Shown piece after piece: positions 27,945 through 41,201 of a stretch of DNA of 64,000 nucleotides; positions within the stretch are counted from its first letter, which is position 1, and each line of letters starts with the position of its first letter. The stretch is from Octopus vulgaris (taxonomy: Eukaryota). The DNA lies in NCBI GenBank assembly GCA_951406725.2, contig OX597840.1, positions 9,300,001-9,364,000 of the forward strand, in the 5' to 3' direction. The position numbers and the translations under genes are program-made. The notes beneath the pieces are model-generated. The model was not told the DNA's origin and ran no database searches. It saw only the letters and a program-made list of their open reading frames with translations.

Positions 27945-29680
27945 TACTTAGACTTAGATAAACTTAGATATGTTTCGACCAAATATTGGTCCAGGCCATG
28001 TCTAACTTAATAGCACCACCTGATAGGATTATTCGAATCCTGTTTAAGTCAAGTTTTGTTTAAGTCAAGTTTTGTTCAAGTAGTGAGTTCTTGTTGGGTG
28101 AGTTGTATCCAATTATGGGTGGCTTATCTGGTATTCTTTGAAGGAATCTATCCAGACTCTGTTTAAAGTTGATGGGATCCTTTTCCTCTTTGATCTCTCT
28201 CGGGACAATGTTAAATAGGGCAGGGCATGTTGAGGAAAAGAAATTATGTTGCAGTGTACATGTATTTTGTGATCTTGAATTGGACAGGGGACGTATAGCC
28301 CGTGGTCCAAGTCTTGGATGAACCTTGAAGCTAATGTTTAGGTCGTTTGGGCAAAGTTGGCGGTATATTTTCCACATCGTACAAATGATGTACCGCTCAC
28401 GGCGACGCTGGAGGGAGTAAAGTTTCAAGGCTTTAAGGCGATCCCAATAATCGAGAGCAGCCATGCCTTCAATTTGTTTAGTGAGTGCCCTCTGGGGTGA
28501 CTCAATTCTGGAGATGCTTTGTCTTGTGTGAGGAGACCACAGTGGGCAGCCGTATTCAAGGTGTGACCGTACAAAGGAGGAAAAAAGTGGTATGATGACA
28601 CCTTGTTCTCTGGACCGGAAAGTTCTTAAGATCCAGTAACTCATCCTACGAGCTATATCGACCTTTTTGTTGATGTGTGCACTCCAACTGAGATCGTCAT
28701 CAACAATTACACCCAGGTCTCTGATATTGTTAGAGGCTGTGAGCGGTTCCCCTGAAGGAAAAGAGTATGGTTGTTTTAGTGAGGAATTTCTTCCAAAATG
28801 CATCAGCTCAAATTTTCCCTCATTCAGTTGCATTTTGTTTCAGATTGGAGTTGAGTTCGGTCTGTTTCTTCATTGACGATTTGCTGGAGCTTAGTGTCAT
28901 CAGCAAATATTTTCACTTTGCAGTAATGTACGACACTGGAAAGGTCGTTTATGTAAATTATGAAGAGTAGCGGACCCAAAACAGTTGCCTGGGGAACACC
29001 GCTGGTCACTTTTGCTGGGTTTGAGTGGACTCCATCAACTACAACATGTTGTGTTCTATTCGCCAGGAAATACTTAATCCAGTGTAGAACTTTTCCACGG
29101 ATTCCAACATTTGACAATTTTGAGAGTAGGATATTATGGTCTACCCTGTCGAACGCTTTACTGAAGTCAAGATATATGACATCAGAGTTCGAACCTGTTC
29201 CCAAGGCTTTGAGTACATCTTCAATGTGGTATAAGAGCTGTGTTAGACAGTCCCTGCCACAGCGAAAGCCATGCTGATTTGCATTTAGGAGTTTGTGGGT
29301 CTCCAGGAAGTCAGCTATCCTTGATCTTAACACTCTTTCAAACACTTTAATGATGTGGGAGGTGAGTGAGATTGGGCGATAGTTGACTGCGAGGGATCTG
29401 TTTCCCTGTTTGAAAACCGGGATGACCGACTGGGATAGAAACTGTTTCGGTATATAACCTGCGTCTAACGAATTTCTCCAAAGGTTGGTCAGAGGGACTG
29501 CAAGTTGGTATCTACATTCCTTCAGGAGACTAGCGGGAAATCTATCAGGGCCTACAGCAGAGTAATGTTTGACCTCATTTATTGCTGCTACGATGTCAGT
29601 GGCAGTGAAGGTTATGTCTGAGATTTTGTGTTGGGAGTCAACTTCGTTCGTTTCCCTTACGTCAATATCAGTGGGAACAC
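27945..29680 (-). mobile_element. 5'-truncated CR1-like LINE (RT, frameshifted) with short-repeat tail
   Basis: ORFs 28824-29693 and 28060-28833 with NYRPISLTS, YLDFSKAFD, GVPQ, FADD, LYSLQRRRERY. TCTAAG-like tail near 27945-27970. Confidence 0.9.
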
Positions 29681-29917
29681 TAAAGCGTATCATAAACTAA
29701 AAAATTTGAAAAACGAAAAACATCTACAATATACATGCAATACATCCCCTCGTGGTGCTTCTAAAAGTCAGTTCTATCATGATGAGCAGATTTTCATAAT
29801 CTTGTATCACCAAGTGTCCCTGTTCTTTGCCATTTCCTCTATAGGACACATATATTTATATTATATTTTGTTTAACTGCTATGTTGAACCTCCTTAAACT
29901 TCACCTTCTGTTTCCAG

Positions 29918-30042
29918 CTCCGACCGTTGTTGAAGAACACACTCAGTTACGCAATGTCGCCATTCCTAAAACTAACGAGACAAAACAAGAAGTCCTGCAG
30001 GTTACCAACACGACAAAGTCCACCTTGGGTACCACAGTTGTG
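29918..30042 (+). CDS. Gene 1 exon A2
   Basis: Same splice sites, length (125 nt) and frame as A1, no stop. Confidence 0.85.
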
Positions 30043-30730
30043 GTAAGACGAATATTCTAGAACAATGTCAACTGAACTATGTTTTTATATTTTTATGGAT
30101 GATTGAGAAAGACGGGACAGTACACATAAACCACTCAGTCCTTCCAGGACTAGGTGGTCGCATTCTAATTATTGATTTTGGGACCTTTATGGCTGCACGA
30201 TAGATGTGGGCAGCGGAGGGAATTCTAGAGAGGGTTTGACATTGAATGGGGAGAAAGGATTGGGCGTAGTGGTTTGTACAGGAAGAGTGAGGTTAAGACT
30301 CAGAGTGTGTGATGAGGAGGGTAAAGGTGGGTATGGTATGGTTGCCTTTGAGGGGCTGGTATTCAGATAGCTAATTCTTAGAAGACGATGTTGTAGTAAC
30401 AGTAGAAGCGGCAATAGGAGGAGACAGTGGGTTTATGAATTCAAGATTAATGTGGGCAATGGAGGGAATTCTGAAGATTGGGTTGACTTTGGTGGGGAGA
30501 AAGGATTGGATATAGCTAGTTCTGAGAAGACAACGTTGTAGTAACGGTAGAATAGATAACAGGAGGAGACAGTGGGTTTATGGAAGAAAGTTTGGAATCG
30601 CTTTCTAAATGAATCAGTCTAATGAAGTCAGGGATACCGTATATGTTATAGCCCTTATGTTTTCCTCCGGGTGAGCATCCAATTTGGTGCGGTCACTCTG
30701 TATGTTACATCTATGGTTGTTTTTTCCCAG

Positions 30731-30965
30731 GTGAATGTCCAGTGTGGTGTGGTCACTGTGTATGGGTCATTTAACAACATTAATCCCAATGAAGCCGACT
30801 ACGATTACAAGACTTCGGCAACTGACTATCAGCCGGGCAAATTATTTCTTGTACAAAAATCAGAACTTGATCAGCTTATCCTTACTGTCCTTTCCCAGAA
30901 ACGATTTGATCTCAATTCCTCAGCCTGTGACAATCCTTCCTATGACATCAGCTTCAAACCAACAG
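30731..30965 (+). CDS. Gene 1 exon B2
   Basis: ttcccag|GTG acceptor, G|gtaagc donor, 235 nt, open frame homologous to B1. Confidence 0.88.
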
Positions 30966-31348
30966 GTAAGCATCTTCGTTTTCTTTTAAACATTGTTCTA
31001 TAATCTTTATATCTTTAATGTAAAGGCTGTAGATTACGGAATAATCAGTGAACCCTTTAGCATTTAAACTGGCCATATTCTGCTCAAATATCCTACCTGT
31101 TTTATGTTCAGACTGTCAAGATATGGCCTCTTGTGCCTAACCTATGATGTCATTCTAAAAATATACAATTACATTATCGAAATCTCAAACCTATGAGATA
31201 TTGCAGGATTAATTCGAAGCAATATGAATAAATAAATGTTAAATTTGAGAGAATAATCTGAATACTAAAGGATTAAATTCACTCAACATGATTACAACAA
31301 AGCCAAATGTCTGTGTGTTCAACTAGGAAATAAAGCGAGCAGGGCCTA

Positions 31349-31741
31349 CAGGTTTGGACGGCAGTTTTTCCTAGCGGTGTCATATGAAATTGTCACCCAT
31401 AATTATGACCCTAGTATCAATCTATTGCATTTCAATCTGTTTTAGGGTTAGGGGTGAGGGAAGGGTATCCTTTTATCTTCACAAATGTAAATAAATCCAA
31501 TCTGTTTCTTAAACGAGGGACATATTCATACGACACAGAATGTTTTCATCTCAATAGACGTCATTGATTGGTTGAAATTGCAGAAATTGAAGAAAAACAA
31601 CAACAAATATCTTACAAACTATAGAATTTTGTCAATAAAGCCACGAGAAAAAGATGTTTTATAAACACATTCTACCAGTATACGAAGTTTAAAAGTGTTT
31701 AGTTACGTGGAAATTATTTTAAAAAACTGCCGGTCAAACTG
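31349..31741. mobile_element. MITE-like element with TIRs and internal TTAGGG-like tract
   Basis: caggtttggacggcagtttt ... aaaactgccggtcaaactg. A second, internally duplicated copy is at 1-520. Confidence 0.7.
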
Positions 31742-32062
31742 AAAAGATCCGGAACAGACCACTAACTAAATTCCAATCAGTTGTAGTGAAACTGCATCGG
31801 TGTCCAGGTCACATTTGGTCAACTGATAGATTAGCACATGAAAAAATTAGTGAAAATTGAATTAAGGATTTTTTTTTTTTTTTTTTTTTTTTTAATGACA
31901 AAAACATCTCTCGACGATGCAATTGTTGTTGTTCCATGTAGTGGAGTGCTTCCCTCTGGATTTATTCACCAATCTGATTTTCAAGGTTTGGTTTGGAAGT
32001 ACAACCCTCCCCCACTGCCAACACTGTTCTTACTACTACCTCAACCGACACCACTATATACC

Positions 32063-32180
<118 letters not shown>

Positions 32181-32303
32181 ACAGAAAACACTCGCACGCA
32201 CGCACTCACAAACACACACAATATATATATATGTGTGAGTGTGAGTGTGTGTGCGTATATATATGTATATGTATATATACGTATATAAATATGTATGTAT
32301 ATT

Positions 32304-32346
<43 letters not shown>

Positions 32347-32514
32347 TCAACTCAGAGCTGCGGCCATGCTGATGCACCCCGTTGCATATATATATGTATA
32401 TATATATATATATGTATGTATATATACATATATATATTTATAGTATATATATACATGTACATATATATATATACATATATATATGTATATATGTATATGT
32501 ATACATATATATGC

Positions 32515-32593
<79 letters not shown>

Positions 32594-32721
32594 AAATAAG
32601 AAAATGGAGGAATACACCTGAATCAATAATCAACTACCAGATAATACCCATAATTTATTAATGTACATATTCTTGTATAGGTGTACCTTCTCTTATATTC
32701 ATATTTGAATTGTACTTTATA

Positions 32722-32848
32722 ATCTCTGAAGAGGCCTTCGGATATATATGTAAGTATCTCATTTATAATCACATATTACCTTAACACACCTGGCTAATAT
32801 GAGCATAATGAGATGCTCATATCTACATGGCTGAAACAGCTGTAAGAT
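32722..32848 (+). ncRNA. Hammerhead motif with ~95-nt stem II insertion inside an inverted-repeat PLE-like remnant
   Basis: ATCT-CTGAAGA-GGCC...GGCT-GAAA-CAGCTG-TA-AGAT. Flanking inverted repeats at 32592-32651 and 32998-33058. Confidence 0.7.
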
Positions 32849-33228
32849 CTAGTTTATATTTATATTTATATTTATTTATATTTATTTATACGTATTGTAC
32901 TTATTGTATCATATTTCTCATTGATGAACACGGTTTTGTTCTGTATTATTGTGTTTGATTTTGATGTTCATATGTAGTTGGTTAATAAATTATGTGAATG
33001 GGTATTATCTGGTAGTTGATTATTGATTAAGGTGTATTCCTCCATTTTCTCATTTTGTATTATGAATTTGAGGTAAAACATTTTACTTTCGCCGTATAAT
33101 ACAATAAATGAATTAATTGCATCGCAATTCTTAGCATTTATGTATTAACTTTATTGGGTGATTTACTGGCAGTATATTGGATATATGTTATCCCATAGAG
33201 GGTTACACTCACAACCCCTATCTCATTT

Positions 33229-33276
<48 letters not shown>

Positions 33277-33350
33277 TCAAAAAGACTATATATATAGTCT
33301 TTTGATTGAATGTTTTTAATTTTAATTAAATTCCATTTCCCTTTGATATG

Positions 33351-33419
<69 letters not shown>

Positions 33420-33502
33420 AACTGTAATCCTGTTTAGATGTTCTCACTACCAATGGAAGGTCTGTCTATTTCTGTTCTAACATTTGTCTTTTTCTCTTAC
33501 AG

Positions 33503-33586
33503 CACCCAGAACTGAAATGGTTTGCCTTGTAAAAGAAGTCAACAGTCCATGTACTGCAAAGCAACTCGACCCTGCATGTTACAACA
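33503..33586 (+). CDS. Gene 1 exon C1 (28-aa Cys mini-module APRTEMVCLVKEVNSPCTAKQLDPACYN)
   Basis: Polypyrimidine + ttacag acceptor, A|gtaagt donor, symmetric phase 1-1, 84 nt like 36819-36902. Confidence 0.8.
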
Positions 33587-34239
33587 GTAAGTACTTACAA
33601 GACTTTAGCCCACAAACATCAACTTTCCCTTCGAGATTGTTATTGGTACTCGTAATCCAGAGACCACAAGTTCAAAACCTACGTCTGCAGACCTTCGGCT
33701 GTGCAAAAAAAAAAACAAATAAGCTTTCTTGGTGTCAGTGCTATGAAATGTGTGTGTGTGTTTTGTGGACACTCTTTACTCTTTTACTTGTTTCAGTCAT
33801 TTGACTGCGGTCATGCTGGAGCACCGTCTTTTACTCGAGCAAATCGACACCAGAACTTATTCTTTGTAAGCCTAGAATTTACTCTATCGGTCCCTTTTGC
33901 TGAACCGCTAAGTTACGGAGACGTAAACACACCAGCATCTGTTGTCAAGAGATGTTGGGGGGGGGGGGGGCAAACACAGACACACAAACATATACACACA
34001 CACATATATATATAAATATACGACGGGCTTCTTTCAGTTTCCGTCCACCAAATCCACTCACAAGGCTTTGGTCGGCCTGAGGCTATAGTAGAAGACACTT
34101 GCCCAAGGTGCCACGCAGTGGGACTGAACCCGAAACCATGTGGTTTGTAAGCAAGCTATTTACCACACAGCCACTCCTACGTGTGTGTTTGTATTTATGT
34201 CATTTTGCGCCTCCATTATAAACAAGGTTTTGTTTGCAG

Positions 34240-34361
34240 CGACACCTGTTGTTGGTGAAGTCAGTCAATTGTATAATAACAGTATTCTCGGGAATGACGA
34301 GATACAAGAACGAGTTTTGGAAATCAGCAACAGTACAGATTCCTCCGGAAGTACGATTCTG
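34240..34361 (+). CDS. Gene 1 exon A3 (diverged A module, TPVVGEVSQL...STIL)
   Basis: tttgcag acceptor, CTG|gtaaga donor, phase 1->0, aligns to A1/A2. Confidence 0.8.
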
Positions 34362-34630
34362 GTAAGATGATCCTTCTTCAACATCAGCTACATTTTTTAT
34401 TCTATTTTATGGTCACGTGATTCGTCACATGTGCTGATAAGTTTGGGGTCAACGCCAACAGACCTTGACGCTCCACCGAAACTAATCAGCTTCATGTATC
34501 TGGGATACTAGGATACTCTTTCGCTCCACCACCGCATATATCTCTATGAGATATTTAGAAACTTCACTGAAAATATATATATATATTTACGAAGTCTAGA
34601 CAAATATCTTCAGCTAGCAGGCTTTGCTAC

Positions 34631-34677
34631 TCTAGACTGATGATGGGCAAAGACCCTGAAACATGCGTGTCTCTAGA
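34631..34677 (+). ncRNA. Type I hammerhead ribozyme motif (canonical core, GUC site)
   Basis: TCTAGA-CTGATGA-TGGG caaaga CCCT-GAAA-CATGCGTG-TC-TCTAGA. Confidence 0.85.
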
Positions 34678-35032
34678 TGCAGGCCTAGCTGTAGGGGGTG
34701 TTTGTCTCCCTTTCGTAAATATATAAGGACACAGGAAATGTGTCAAGGCCGACAGGAAGCGTCGATGCTTCCTAGGGCTAAATAGCGGTGTGGTAATTCC
34801 CTTACGGGACTGTCACGTTAAGTTGACAGTATACAACCACTCCATCGCTCCACCACCGCATATATCTCTATGAGATATTTAGAAATTTAATATTTCTGAT
34901 GTTTGTGTCTGTTTTAGATAAAGGATTCGTGTGTGGAGGGTCAATGGGGGAACGGTAAGTGTGAGATCCAGAAGGAGTGACGAGAAGAGGAGAGACTGGT
35001 GGGACTGTAAATTTCGGAGGAGACGAGATACT

Positions 35033-35380
35033 ATCTATCTATCCGCTCAGTCGAAGTCGACTCTCGGTCACACGTTGGATCAGTGTCCTCCAGTCAGTTC
35101 TATCCTGGGCCGCTTCTTTCAGATTGGCTATGTCCTTTCCGATATCACTGTTGATGGTGTCAAGCCAGCGGGTTCTTTGTCGGCCTCTTCCTCTCTTGCC
35201 ACTGACCATTCCGAGCATGATGTCCTTCTCCAGGGATTTTCTCCGCATAATATGACCAAAATATGCCAATCTATGCTTGGTGATCCTAGCTTCTAGCGAT
35301 ATTTTCGGCCTGATCTGCTTAAGAACTTCTCCATTGGTGAGCCTCGCAGTCCATGGAATCCGTAAAAGTCTTCTCCAAAG
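35033..35380 (-). mobile_element. RTE-clade LINE 3' fragment
   Basis: YFGHIMRR..LEKDIMLG..GKRGRGRQRTRWLD, typical RTE C-terminus. Confidence 0.85.
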
Positions 35381-35748
35381 ACGAGATACAGGTAGACCCT
35401 ATTATGGTAGTCATATTAGTAACCCTTGAAGAGGGAAAAAGATTTAAGATTCTGAAGAAGATGAAGTGTTAATGATTGCCTCCAAGTCACGTTTGGGTTG
35501 TTTGGAATATGGAAAATAGCCCCAAAATTGGTGAGACTAACGAGATGACATTCCCAGAAATCAGGATTGATTCCTGTTGAGAGAGAAAACTTTGGAAATT
35601 CAGTAATAAAAATAGGTAGCATTGGGGTATAATATTTGAGGGTAATAAAAGGGATATTGTCCAGGCCAGACTGTTTATCTGTGGGAAGATATTTTTGTCC
35701 AGTGTTTCGACGGGACTGTGTAAATTGTATCTTTGCTGTTCTGACCAG

Positions 35749-35986
35749 GTGAGTGCCCAGTGTGCCGAAGTCACCGTGTACGGTGCCTTTAACAACAGTT
35801 ATCCCATTGAAGCTGACCACGACTACAAAACAACTGCAACGGATAGCAATCCTGGTAAAATAATAATTCCTGAGAGAGAATCACAAACTGATAACCTTAC
35901 TCTGACCATCTTATCTAAGAGACAACGAGGCCTCAACTCATCAGATTGTGACCATCCCTCCTATGCAGTCATCATCAATCCAGAAG
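35749..35986 (+). CDS. Gene 1 exon B3
   Basis: gaccag|GTG acceptor, G|gtaagc donor. VSAQCAEVTVYGAF..YPIEADHDYKT..DCDHPSY is homologous to B1/B2. Confidence 0.88.
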
Positions 35987-36210
35987 GTAAGCAGTTTCCC
36001 TTCCAAATGTTATTCTATATCTTGTAGGCATTAAGTGTATACATACATATAGGCGTAGGAGTGGCTGTGTGGTAAGTAGCTTGCTTACGAACTACATGGT
36101 TCCGGGTTCAGTCCCACTGCGTGGCACCTCGGGCAAATGTCTTCGGCTATAGCCTCGGGCCGTCCAAAGCCCTGTGAATGGATTTGGTAGATGGAAACTG
36201 AAAGAGCCCG

Positions 36211-36338
<128 letters not shown>

Positions 36339-36404
36339 TTAGTGTAGGAAGAACATTTGAATAATCCGTAATAAGATAATTCATTTATCTACTTCAAAAG
36401 TAAA

Positions 36405-36458
<54 letters not shown>

Positions 36459-36818
36459 GTATGTGTGTGTGTATGTCTGTGTGTCTGTGTTTGTCCCATT
36501 GGGAACTCCTTTCATCGAGAACCGGTGATTGTCGTACGCTGATGACGGGTCAACACACAGAAACTGCAGTCCGTGCGTATCACTTAGGTTGACAAGGGAA
36601 GGATGACCTCCCTTTGCAAATACCGATAGGGCATAGAAAGTGTGCCTAAAGCCAGCTGGAGGAGATGCTCTCCTGTGGCTACAAGCTACAGTAACACCCA
36701 CCCTTAGTGGTTAGCCATATTGTGATGGCAAATATACCTCACATTGTCGTGCAGTTACTGTTTATACCTCGTTCAGAGATTTATTATATCTATCTACCAT
36801 TTTCTCTCTTTTGTACAG

Positions 36819-36902
36819 ATTCCAAACTCGAAGTGGTTTGCCATAGAAAACAAGATGAAAGGCTTTGTACTCCTGCAGAATCTGAATCTAAATATTCTAA
36901 AA
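36819..36902 (+). CDS. Gene 1 exon C2 (DSKLEVVCHRKQDERLCTPAESESKYSK)
   Basis: ttgtacag acceptor, A|gtaagt donor, 84 nt, phase 1-1, same first two Cys spacing as C1. Confidence 0.8.
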
Positions 36903-37482
36903 GTAAGTACACACAAACTTTTAATCTCCAAATTTCACCTCCCTTTTGAGTGGTTCCTCTTTGCTTGGTGGTCTTACTACAAACAATCCATCAATGTTAG
37001 ACCTCTTCAGTTACTCACTTTAAACCCACAACACGGCTCTTCTGTATCTTTACTGGAATCCATTCTGTTAGAAACTTTCAGAAGATGTCTTTAGTCTGAT
37101 AAATAACATAATATCTCCATTTAGTGATCCCTGATGATTCTTCCATTGAGTATTTCTTTTGTTTATGAGATGCACAGGACGTAGAAGTCGGTTCGTAGTG
37201 GAGATTCACCCACCACCAGGTACCGACAGGGATACGATCCCGGGATTTTCCTTATGGCTAATCCCACACTCAGTGAATAAATTGACAACAAAATACAGCA
37301 AAGCAGGCTTCAGTGATGTCGTCTCAATTACTGGATATAGCAACCAAATTTCCCTTTAAACATACCATATCAGGGTATGTCATCCCACAGACTGGATGGC
37401 TATGGATGGAACATCTTTGATCCACAATCTTTCTGACTGAGGATGGCCCCTTCTGCTTAACAACAAATACAGATATACATAC

Positions 37483-37565
<83 letters not shown>

Positions 37566-37652
37566 TATTAGAGACAAAACCACTATTTTGCAAAACAAAC
37601 AAGGAAAGACTTAATCAATACATAAAATTTTAATAAATAGTAAAAAAAACCG

Positions 37653-37695
37653 CCACTACAATCGTTTCTTGTCTTGATCGACAATCTTCAGGTGG
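37653..37695 (-). ncRNA. Hammerhead ribozyme motif in 3' pLTR of the Hydra-type PLE
   Basis: CCAC-CTGAAGA-TTGTC gatcaa GACAA-GAAA-CGATTG-TA-GTGG. Confidence 0.85.
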
Positions 37696-40600
37696 ACTTC
37701 AATCTAAAATATCAATATTTTAAAATATACAAATAATAATTTTAAAATAATTAAAGTATGAATGAAAAAATATAAATATATAATCCATATATAACCTATA
37801 TATAATCCATATATAATCAATATATAAACAATATATAAACTAAAATAAACCTATCAACAATTAAATATAAAATATAAAATATAAAATATAAAACAAAACA
37901 AAAAAATAATAATAATATAATAATAAACTATATATACACCCATACACATATACCTAATTATATATAACCATATCTAACTACATACACTAAACCACACACC
38001 TATATATATATCCCTATACATACACATAAAAACGTCTAGGCAACTATAAATAAATAAAATAGCTAAATACTTCAACACAATACTTATTCATACTCCCACA
38101 CACACACACATACAACCCACATTCACGCTCTAGAAAACGGACATCACTCAAAATTATGAACGGAGAAATGGAATAAATGGAATTAAAAATTATATTCACT
38201 TGGTAAAACGAACACTACTTAAAAATTATGAATGAAACAATGCAATAAAACAACAGACATCGCAAATATACACAAATTACTACGAATTCCTTAACAAACC
38301 TACCATGATAAACCAAAACTCACAAAAACATATAATGATAAAATCTCCCTTTACTAAACTCTATAACATACCTATATAGCAATCCCCCTAACCTAAACAT
38401 TCACACACAAATACACACACGTAAACCACACACCCACGACATATACAAATACCCACACCACTTACACATACCAATACATCCATATAAACCTCAACATATA
38501 CTCCAAAAACCCACTCAACCCCACACAGACAAATGAACACAAAAATTATGAATGGATTCTTTTATAAAACTACCATGATAAGCTAAAACTCACAAAACAG
38601 AAATGATAAAACCTCCCTTTACTAAACACTATAACATACTTATATAGCAATCCCTTTAACCTATACATTCACACACAAAAACACACACGTAAACCACACA
38701 CCCATAACAAATACAAACACCCACCCCACTCACACACACCCACAAGTACATATAAGCCTCAACATATACACCAAACAAAATTACTTTACCAAGGAACTTA
38801 ACATATGTATAAAAAGTATAACCGCTCTGGAAACGAACATCTCTAAATTAATGAATGGAGAAATGGAATAAATGGAATTAAAAATAATATTCACGTGGCA
38901 AAACGAACACCACTCAAAAATTATGAATGAAACAATGTAATAAAACAACCAACATCGAAAATAGACAAATTACCACGAATTCCCTAAAAAAACCATGATA
39001 AACCAAAACTCTTAAAAACATATAACGATAAAATCTCCCTTTGCTAAACTCTATAACAAACCTATATAGCAATCCCCCTAACCTAAACATTCACACACAA
39101 ATACACACACGTAAACCACAGACCCACGACTTATACACATACCTATACTAACTTATAAACCTCAATATACACCAAAACCCACTCCCTCCCCACACAGACA
39201 AATTAACACATACATCCCAAAAACCTAAATAACAAACCCATATACACATTCACACACAAACACACACACACGCAAAACACACACACACAACAGATACATA
39301 TACTCCCTCACATATACGCATATACATACTCACTAAACTCGATATATACAACAATATTTACACACCCACACTCATACAGATAAATAAATTATACAACTAA
39401 AAACTCACACACAATCTCATATACATAAACACTCCTATGAAAACAACATTAAATACATCGTAATTAACCAGAATATCAAAAATAACAATATGACATAAGG
39501 ATAAATAAAAAACATACTTACAAGTCAGTTTCAAATTATGAAGTGAAATTAAATTCTTAGCCGTTAAAAAAATCAAACCAAAATTACGTTACCATAGAAA
39601 TAACTTATGTAAAAAAAGAATACGCGCCATGGAAAGTAAACGTCATTTAAAATTATGAATGGAGAAATAGAATAAATAGAACTAAAAACTATATCCACGT
39701 GGCAAACCAACACTACTTAAAAAAATTTATTATGAATGGATTCTTTAAAAAACTACCATGAAAAAACATTATATACATTTATGAGCTTTAGCTCACCTTA
39801 GCAGCTCTAACAAACAACTTGCAGCAACCCAACCCATTCTCGATGCCTACCTCACTACTACACTATTCCACTCACAATTCCAAGCAACGCTAGTCCACCA
39901 CCCGGTTACAATTCCCAACTCCACCCATTCATTCACAATTTCAACGACGTTCGCCTCCACAGCGCTACATATAAGCCTCAACATATACACCGGAGATTCA
40001 CTTACACATCCGTGCGGATGGGTGAGAGTATACATTGAGTGTAGTGATAGGGCTCCCATTACTATACACATTTGTACCTGTGTGGTAGTCTCCATGTGTA
40101 TATTCACGCCCGGGTATAAATGCAGGGGGTACACGCGCACGTCATTAGCGTGTACCCCCTCACATGTACATATGCATGCTATTTGGGCTCGATATATGCA
40201 ACAATGTAATCGCGCCCGCATACATGCATATGGGCGAGTTGCACAATCAAAAAACGCACACATGTGTGTGTGCGTTCCCTGGTTGTGCAATTCACCCATC
40301 TTGGTGTGAGTGGGTGTAAACGTATCGCTGTAGATGTCAAGCTTGATACGTATGTATATGAGTGTGTATTGGGGGGTTGTACGTATTTATTGTATGCATG
40401 TGCTTCACGCACGTGCGTCCATGTATGGATGAATATATTGGGATTGCTATGTGGGTGTAAATTGGGTATGGAGTGGGGAGTTTTGTCATTGTATGGGTGT
40501 AGGTTTCATATGTGATGGTGGTTAGTTGGTAATTTTTGGTATGTTCTGTATATTTGGGTTAGTTATGTATTATTCTAGTGTGTATAATTGTATACATATG

Positions 40601-41201
40601 ATTTGTGTGAGTGGGATTACAACCATTTTTGGGGATGTATGTGTTTATTTATCCATATGGGGCGGGAGTGGCCGTTAGGTGTATATGTTGAGGCTCACAT
40701 GCAATTCCAGGTACAGCGAATGAAGTGGGCACTTATATTTGTTATGGGTGTGTGTACTTTATTATAACAGACAATACCCAAATAAAATCTGTCAATTCAA
40801 CATACCAAATAAAAAACAAAAAACAAAGGGATCATAAACATTCACACATACATACAAAACTCAATAAAAACACCACTAAATAACACCCATCAACATATAA
40901 ATATATCCTCCAAAATACATATAGCAAATGCATTATAAAAATACATAATAAAATAAAATAAAAATAAAAAAATAAAAAAATAAAAAAATATATAAATAAA
41001 GAAAATAAAAAAATCTAATATAAATTATTAAATTTTTATAACATACCATATACTGTTAAAATAATATACATTAAAAATGAACTAATTAAAACAAAGAAAT
41101 ATCAATAAAGACTAACTATAATTAAATCCTAGACAACATAACCATAAATATATTATCTAAACTAATTTAAACTAAAGTAACCTAAAAGGGAACTATTATT
41201 G

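Noticed and set aside
34715-34840. Pistol or twister ribozyme assignment for the hairpin cluster
   Set aside because: I could not place the conserved pseudoknot or core residues of either class, so it is kept only as an unassigned structure.
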